Below, piece by piece: positions 58,732 to 64,000 of a stretch of 64,000 nt of DNA. This DNA is from an uncultured bacterium (GTDB taxonomy: Bacteria > Krumholzibacteriota > Krumholzibacteriia > G020349025). Position numbers and translations under genes: made by a program. Numbering within the stretch: the stretch's first letter is position 1; each line of letters begins with the position of its first letter. The stretch lies in NCBI GenBank assembly GCA_964567755.1, contig CAZMNW010000020.1:110434-174433 (forward strand). The letters are read 5' to 3'. The notes below the pieces were generated by a model. It searched no databases. It was not told where the DNA came from and was given only the letters and a program-made list of their open reading frames with translations.

Positions 58732-61517
58732 ACGCACACCGGTCGCGCATCGTCGGGCTCTGGATCGCGATGCAGATCCTCGCCTTGGCGCCGGCAGTCG
58801 GCGCAGCCCCCGTTTCGGTTTGCCTCGAATGCCATTCCGACGCCGATCTCGCCACGGAGCGTCAGGGGCAGACGGTGTCGCTGTTCGTCGACCCCGCGAT
58901 CCTGCAGCAGAGCGTGCACCGGGGGCTCGAGTGCGATGATTGCCACCTGGACGTGGATGTGGAGAACCTGCCGCATCCCGAGCGTTTGCAGCCGGTGCAC
59001 TGCGCGACTTGCCACGACGATGCGCAGGTGGATTTCGACGCCAGCATTCACGGACAAGCGCTGAACCGCAATGCACCCTTCGCGCCTTCGTGCCGCGAGT
59101 GCCACGGCACCCACGACATTCGCTCGGCCGCAGATCCGACGGCCCCGACCTACAAGATGAACGTGCCCTTCCTCTGCGGGCGCTGCCACCGGGAAGGCGC
59201 GCCCGTGTCGCGTTATTACGACATCTCGGAGCACAACATCCTGGAGAATTACAGCGAGAGCGTCCATGGGGAGGCTTTGTTCAAGAAGGGGCTCATCGTC
59301 ACGGCCACCTGCACGGACTGCCACGAGGCGCATCGGATTCTGCCACACACCAATCCGCTTGCATCCATCGCGCCGCGCAACATCGCCAAAGCCTGCATGA
59401 AGTGCCACACTCGCATCGAGCAGGTTCACGTGCAGGTGATTCGCGGCGAGTTGTGGGAGAAGCAGCCCGGCGCCATCCCGGCCTGCTCCGACTGCCACGT
59501 GCCGCACAAGGTACGCAAGGAATCGATGGAGCTGCTCCTGTCGGATCGGGATTGCATGAAGTGCCATGCCGCTTCCGACGTGCACAAGGTCGTGGACGGC
59601 GAGAGGGTCCCGCTCACCGTGAGCGTGGAGGACATTGCCACCTCGGTGCATCAGAACATCGCCTGCGTCAAGTGCCACTCCGACGTGGACCCGCGCCGCC
59701 GGCGGCCGTGCGAGACGGCGGGCGCGGCCAATTGTTCGAATTGCCACGTGCGCATGCAAGACGAATACCGTGAGAGCGGCCACGGCAAGGCCTTCGCCGC
59801 CGGCGTCAAGCAAGCACCGACGTGCACGACCTGTCACGGCACTCATCGCGTGCTCGGACACCAGGACGAGGCCGCTCCGGTCTATCGCGCCTCGGTGCCA
59901 GAGCTGTGCGGCAAGTGTCATCGTGCCAATGGCGCCGCAGGGGAAGTGGCGCAACTGTCGCAGACGACGGCGCTGGCGGACTATTCGTCCAGCGTGCATG
60001 GGCGTGCACTGACGGAGAAGGGGCTGCTGCCGAGCGCCGTCTGCATCGACTGCCACGGATCGCATCTGATTCTCGGTCACGCGGACGAGCGCTCGAGCGT
60101 CTTCAGCCGCAATGTGCCGGGAACGTGCGCCAGCTGCCATCGCGGCATCTACAAGCAGTACGCCAAGAGCATTCACTTCGGCGCGCGCAATGAAAAAGGC
60201 GAGAAGTTGCCGAACTGCACCGACTGCCACTCGGCGCACACCATCCAGCAGGTCGAGAAGGACCAGTTCATGCGCGAGGTGACCGATCAATGCGGTTCCT
60301 GCCACCGGGATCTCGCCGCGACCTATCTGGAAACGATGCATGGCAAGGCCTACCGGCTCGGCTACACGGGGTCGGCGAAGTGTTCCGACTGCCATGGAGC
60401 GCACGAGATCCTGGGCACGGACAATCCACTCTCGACCGTCGGCATGCGCCACATCGTCGACACTTGTAAACAGTGTCATGCGGACGCGACGATGCGGTTC
60501 ACCGGTTATCTCACCCATGCGACGCATCACGATCCGGTCAAGTATCCGGCGCTCTACTACACGTACTGGGCCATGACCTTGTTGCTGGTCGGAGTGTTCG
60601 GGTTTTTCGGTCTGCACACTCTGATGTGGCTGCCGCGGTCGTTCCGCGCCCTGCGCGAGCGGCGCGCCCATGCCGCCGCCGGCGAGCCACGGCACTACAT
60701 CCAGCGCTTCACCCGCATCCAGCGGCTGACGCACCTGTTCGTCATCCTGAGTTTTCTGACGCTCGCGCTCACCGGGATGATGCTCAAGTTCTCGTCCATG
60801 CCGTGGGCCGGCTTCATTGCCGGGGCGCTCGGCGGCGTGCGTGGAGCCGGCATCATTCATCGCATCGCGGCCTGCGTCACCTTCGGCTACTTCATCCTGC
60901 ACTTGGGAACCCTGCTGGCGATGAAACGCCGGCGGCGCATGAGCGTGAAGCAGCTCGTGTTCGGCGCGAACTCGCTGATGTTCAATCGGCGGGACCTGAG
61001 CGAGTTCTTGGCGACCTTGCGCTGGTTCTTCCACCGCGGGCCACGCCCGGCCTACGGCCGTTGGACGTACTGGGAGAAGTTCGACTATCTGGCGGTGTTC
61101 TGGGGCGTGGCGATCATCGGCGCCTCGGGTCTGCTGCTGTGGTTCCCCGAGTTCTTCACCCGCGTGCTCCCGGGCGCCTTGATCAATGTCGCGACGATCA
61201 TCCACAGCGACGAGGCGTTGCTCGCCGTCGGCTTCATCTTCACCATCCACTTCTTCAACACGCACCTGCGGCCCGAGGTCTTCCCGATGGACACGGTGAT
61301 TTTCACCGGTCTCGTGCCACTGGCAGAATATCGCAAGGACCGCCCGGCGGAATACGAGGCGATGAAAGCAAGTGGCGAGCTGGCCAAGCGCGTGCGCCGG
61401 CAGACGATCTCGAAGCGGGCCGAAATCATGGTCCGCATCTTCGGTTACACGTTTCTCGGCATCGGCATCGTCCTCATCGGCCTCATCCTCTATTCGGTGC
61501 TGCGCGGCTACAAGTAG
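58728..61517 (+). CDS. CbcL-like fusion paralog: about 19-heme cytochrome c domain + C-terminal cytochrome b-type membrane domain
   Basis: Start uncertain (GTG 58728 overlapping the upstream stop, or ATG 58770); about 19 CxxCH motifs; C-terminal TM helices with His ligands (THHDPVKY, IIHRIAACVTFGYFILHLG, IIHSDEALLAVGFIFTIHFFNTHL). Confidence 0.85.
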   Translation: MNAHRSRIVGLWIAMQILALAPAVGAAPVSVCLECHSDADLATERQGQTVSLFVDPAILQQSVHRGLECDDCHLDVDVENLPHPERLQPVHCATCHDDAQVDFDASIHGQALNRNAPFAPSCRECHGTHDIRSAADPTAPTYKMNVPFLCGRCHREGAPVSRYYDISEHNILENYSESVHGEALFKKGLIVTATCTDCHEAHRILPHTNPLASIAPRNIAKACMKCHTRIEQVHVQVIRGELWEKQPGAIPACSDCHVPHKVRKESMELLLSDRDCMKCHAASDVHKVVDGERVPLTVSVEDIATSVHQNIACVKCHSDVDPRRRRPCETAGAANCSNCHVRMQDEYRESGHGKAFAAGVKQAPTCTTCHGTHRVLGHQDEAAPVYRASVPELCGKCHRANGAAGEVAQLSQTTALADYSSSVHGRALTEKGLLPSAVCIDCHGSHLILGHADERSSVFSRNVPGTCASCHRGIYKQYAKSIHFGARNEKGEKLPNCTDCHSAHTIQQVEKDQFMREVTDQCGSCHRDLAATYLETMHGKAYRLGYTGSAKCSDCHGAHEILGTDNPLSTVGMRHIVDTCKQCHADATMRFTGYLTHATHHDPVKYPALYYTYWAMTLLLVGVFGFFGLHTLMWLPRSFRALRERRAHAAAGEPRHYIQRFTRIQRLTHLFVILSFLTLALTGMMLKFSSMPWAGFIAGALGGVRGAGIIHRIAACVTFGYFILHLGTLLAMKRRRRMSVKQLVFGANSLMFNRRDLSEFLATLRWFFHRGPRPAYGRWTYWEKFDYLAVFWGVAIIGASGLLLWFPEFFTRVLPGALINVATIIHSDEALLAVGFIFTIHFFNTHLRPEVFPMDTVIFTGLVPLAEYRKDRPAEYEAMKASGELAKRVRRQTISKRAEIMVRIFGYTFLGIGIVLIGLILYSVLRGYK

Positions 61518-61602
61518 TCGGGACGCGATCCTGGCGATTCGTGGTGCTCGCGCGCGTCGTTGGCACCGGGAAGGCGTCCAAGAGTTCGGGAACCGCCGCG
61601 GA

Positions 61603-63384
61603 TCAGGCAGGCAGCTTGCGGATGCGAAGAGCGAGGCCGACGAGGACGACGAGCACGAACACGAGCGACAAGGCCAAGCCGCGCCGGCGGAGTTGCAGCT
61701 CGCGCACGCCCTTCTGTGCCGCCGCGAGTGCGGCGTTGGCGTGCGCGAGTCCTTCCTCGTGCTTGCTCGCGAGATTGGCGGCTGCATCGGTGCCGCCGAA
61801 CGCGTGCACGAGCACCTGCATCTCGATCTGAGAGTCCACGGCGCGATCGAGGGCGAGGAGCGCTTCACGCACCTCGACGCCGCCGCGCCGCGCGCGCAGC
61901 AACATGCGCTCGGCTCGGGCCGTCGCGCCGGTCACCTCCTGAACGCGCTGCAGGTGGTTGCGCGCTGTGTCGAGGCCGATGGCGCCGGCGGCGAGCTTCG
62001 GTTCGGCGGCATGGCAATCGCTGCAGCGCTTCACGCGGTCGGTGACGGTGCTGCCCGTGGCCGGATCGACGAAGCTGTAGTGGATCTTGCCAATGCGGAA
62101 CTTCTCGAACAGCCGGGCAAATTCGGGCCGCAGGGGGACCGACCCTGCTTCGTCGGACATCTGCGTGTGCGTGGGCAGCTCCAACGCACGGTCCACGAGC
62201 CAGTCGAAGAGATGCTCGTCGTCGAGGCCGCGGGCTTCCGGACGCTCCAGGAGCGCCGCCAAGGTCTCGGCATAGCGGGCGCGCGTGGCCTCGGGTTCCG
62301 GGACGATGTCGGACAACAAGGACTCGTGGCAGAAAGCGCAGGGTGTCGCGGGGAGGGGGGCGAGCAACGCCACGGTTGGTCGCACGATGGAGTGATTGCC
62401 ATGGCACGTCGCGCACTCCGAGAACGAACGGAGGTTCCGTTGCGCCGCCGGCTCGCTCGTGTCGTGGCAGGCGGCGCAGCCTTCGCGACCGGCGTCCTGC
62501 AGCAGGGCATTGTGCTCGACCAGCCCCGCATGTTTGGCGCTGGCCCGAAACAATCCCGCCTCGCGACCATGGCATTGGCCGCAGACGAATGAAACATCGT
62601 CGAGCCCGGGCGGTGCGGCGCCATGATTCCCATGACAGTCATTGCACGTCGGCGCCGACAAGTCCCCCTTCTGGTGCATGGCATGGGCGTGCACGCTCTG
62701 CTGCCAGCGAGCGTACTGATCGACCGGGAGTGGCGTGCCATCGGGCTTCGAGGACCCGCGCATGTGGTTGGCGTTGCCGTGGCAGCCATTGCAGGTCTCG
62801 GCGACGCGCTTGGGGTAGACGCGGGAATCCGGCTCGCTCGGCCGGCGGATGCCGTGCACACCATGACAATCGACGCAGGTCGCCACGCGCAAGTCTCCCT
62901 CGCGCAGCCGCCGTCCATGGTGGCTGGTGGCGTACTCTTGCTCCTGGTCCACGCGCGCATCGGGTTTGAAGCGCCTCATGAAGACGGGATCGGAGTGGCA
63001 ACGGCCGCAGAAGGCCGGCACGCCGGCCCGGCCCGGTGCCCCGCGGTACGGGTTGGCCGCGTACTGCGACTGCATTGATGCTTCCATGTCGGTCGCGAGC
63101 GCCGCATCGGGGTTGCCGCCGTGACAGTCGTGGCAAGAAAGTCCAACCTGCGCGTGGACATCGGCGGCGAAGGCCTCGACGATGTCGCGCACGGTGTTGG
63201 CGTCGAAGAGATCGGTGTTGCTGTGACACGCCACGCAAGAGGTGGCCGGGAGCCGGGTGGCTGGCGTCGCTGCGGGGTTCGCCGCAGCGGGCGGATTTTC
63301 CTGTGCAGACGCAAGCGAGACCCAGCACGCGCCGAGCGCGGCGAGGGTGACTCGCGACGTTCGTTTTCGGGTGGGGAATCGCAT
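61603..63384 (-). CDS. membrane-anchored multiheme c-type cytochrome (11 CxxCH, C-terminal TM helix), CbcA-like
   Basis: Signal VTLAALGACWVSLASAQE; CVACH, CHDCH, CGRCH, CVDCH, CNGCH, CNDCH, CGQCH, CAACH, CATCH, CAFCH, CSDCH; C-terminal LALSLVFVLVVLVGLAL. Confidence 0.85.
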   Translation of the reverse strand: MRFPTRKRTSRVTLAALGACWVSLASAQENPPAAANPAATPATRLPATSCVACHSNTDLFDANTVRDIVEAFAADVHAQVGLSCHDCHGGNPDAALATDMEASMQSQYAANPYRGAPGRAGVPAFCGRCHSDPVFMRRFKPDARVDQEQEYATSHHGRRLREGDLRVATCVDCHGVHGIRRPSEPDSRVYPKRVAETCNGCHGNANHMRGSSKPDGTPLPVDQYARWQQSVHAHAMHQKGDLSAPTCNDCHGNHGAAPPGLDDVSFVCGQCHGREAGLFRASAKHAGLVEHNALLQDAGREGCAACHDTSEPAAQRNLRSFSECATCHGNHSIVRPTVALLAPLPATPCAFCHESLLSDIVPEPEATRARYAETLAALLERPEARGLDDEHLFDWLVDRALELPTHTQMSDEAGSVPLRPEFARLFEKFRIGKIHYSFVDPATGSTVTDRVKRCSDCHAAEPKLAAGAIGLDTARNHLQRVQEVTGATARAERMLLRARRGGVEVREALLALDRAVDSQIEMQVLVHAFGGTDAAANLASKHEEGLAHANAALAAAQKGVRELQLRRRGLALSLVFVLVVLVGLALRIRKLPA

Positions 63385-63394
63385 GCACTCCCTT

Positions 63395-64000
63395 TCAATC
63401 GCGGTGCATGCCGCGACCGAGAACGACGACGACGAGACCGGTGCCCAACACGACGGCCACCGGAACCCACGAACGGTAGCCCCAGGTGGTCATGCCGACG
63501 ACATAGGCCAGACCCAGCACGCCGATGGCGGTGAACAGCGGGCTTCGCCCGTCGCGGACGATGCGCCGATCGAGGAAAGGCACGAGCAGCATCCCGACCC
63601 CAGCGACGCCGAACAGCAGGATCGGAATCGCCTCGTATTCGATCCCTAAGATCTCGCCACCGGGCACCAGCTTCAGGGTCTGGAACATGAACATGAAGTA
63701 CCACTCGGGCTTGATGTTCTTGTAGGCCGGTGCGAATGGATCCGCCTTCTCGCCGAGCTCCCACGGGAACAACGCGGCAAGACTGGCTAGCGCCGCCAGC
63801 GCCAAGATCCAGCCGAAGAGGTCGCGCAGGAGAAAATCGGGCATGAACTTCATGTGGCGACTGGGCCGCGATGCGTATCGCGGCGGCACACTCATCCCGT
63901 GCACCTGCACCAGGACGACGTGCAGTCCGAGGAGGAGCAAGGTCAGCGCCGGCAGGATCGCCACGTGCCAGCCATAGAAACGCGACAGAGTGCCACCGCT
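63395..64000 (-). CDS. cytochrome b (bc-complex type) C-terminal / subunit-IV-like region; 5-prime end beyond window
   Basis: KPEWYFMFMFQTLKLVPGGEILGIEYEAIPILLFGVAGVGMLLVPFLDRR matches the PEWY quinol-site motif region of cytochrome b/PetD; the frame stays open to the window edge; ends 10 bp upstream of the 11-heme cytochrome gene. Confidence 0.6.
   Translation of the reverse strand, partial: SGGTLSRFYGWHVAILPALTLLLLGLHVVLVQVHGMSVPPRYASRPSRHMKFMPDFLLRDLFGWILALAALASLAALFPWELGEKADPFAPAYKNIKPEWYFMFMFQTLKLVPGGEILGIEYEAIPILLFGVAGVGMLLVPFLDRRIVRDGRSPLFTAIGVLGLAYVVGMTTWGYRSWVPVAVVLGTGLVVVVLGRGMHRD

Noticed and set aside
57366-61868. 1383-aa + ORF starting at 57366 and 1145-aa antisense ORF 58431..61868
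   Set aside because: The + ORF is real only from about 58728 onwards (the upstream part is out-of-frame overlap with the first CbcL-like gene); the antisense ORF lacks any motif and opposes a gene with about 19 CxxCH motifs.
61372-63388. Plus-strand ORFs 61372..62592 and 62623..63078 and minus-strand ORF 62639..63388 around the 11-heme cytochrome
   Set aside because: Only frame 61603..63384 (-) gives the regularly spaced CxxCH motifs with a signal peptide and C-terminal TM helix.
1-64000. CRISPR arrays, rRNA/tRNA genes, transposases or integrases
   Set aside because: No regularly spaced short direct repeats with unique spacers, no rRNA-like conserved stretches, and no transposase or integrase-like translations seen in any long ORF. 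tRNAs cannot be strictly excluded by eye, but intergenic space is minimal.

Overview
High-GC (~65-70%) bacterial window, densely coding. No rRNA, tRNA, CRISPR array or classical mobile element was recognised by eye. Content, in order: (1) a partial CaCA-family Ca2+/H+ antiporter; (2) an unusual redox module of GcvH-like protein, 4Fe-4S protein, NrfD-like membrane protein and a second GcvH-like protein; (3) a sensor histidine kinase with a periplasmic CxxCH motif, a sigma-54-dependent NtrC-type regulator and an archaemetzincin-like peptidase; (4) a convergent ECF sigma / Ser-Thr kinase / sigma-region-2-only set; (5) a long accessory block of secreted proteins that nearly all end in the same FlgD-Ig-like / T9SS-type-A-like C-terminal domain, including four tandem beta-propeller-like paralogs plus a remnant, and three giant FG-GAP/VCBS paralogs plus an internal-deletion remnant, with one frameshifted member in each family; (6) a Ser/Thr-kinase-NTPase fusion next to an NTPase-PEGA protein; (7) an M4 peptidase and a metallophosphoesterase/Calx-beta/cadherin-like protein; (8) a multiheme cytochrome cluster with ImcH-like, two CbcL-like, and a cytochrome b plus 11-heme pair. 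The best candidate for an undescribed system is a sigma-54-controlled quinone-pool electron-transfer regulon linking the GcvH-like/FeS/NrfD module, the heme-motif kinase and the cytochrome cluster. All calls come from reading the translations and DNA by eye; no database search was run. Lineage is not determinable, but the FlgD-like C-terminal domain fits FCB-group-related high-GC lineages such as Gemmatimonadota or Eisenbacteria-like (low confidence).
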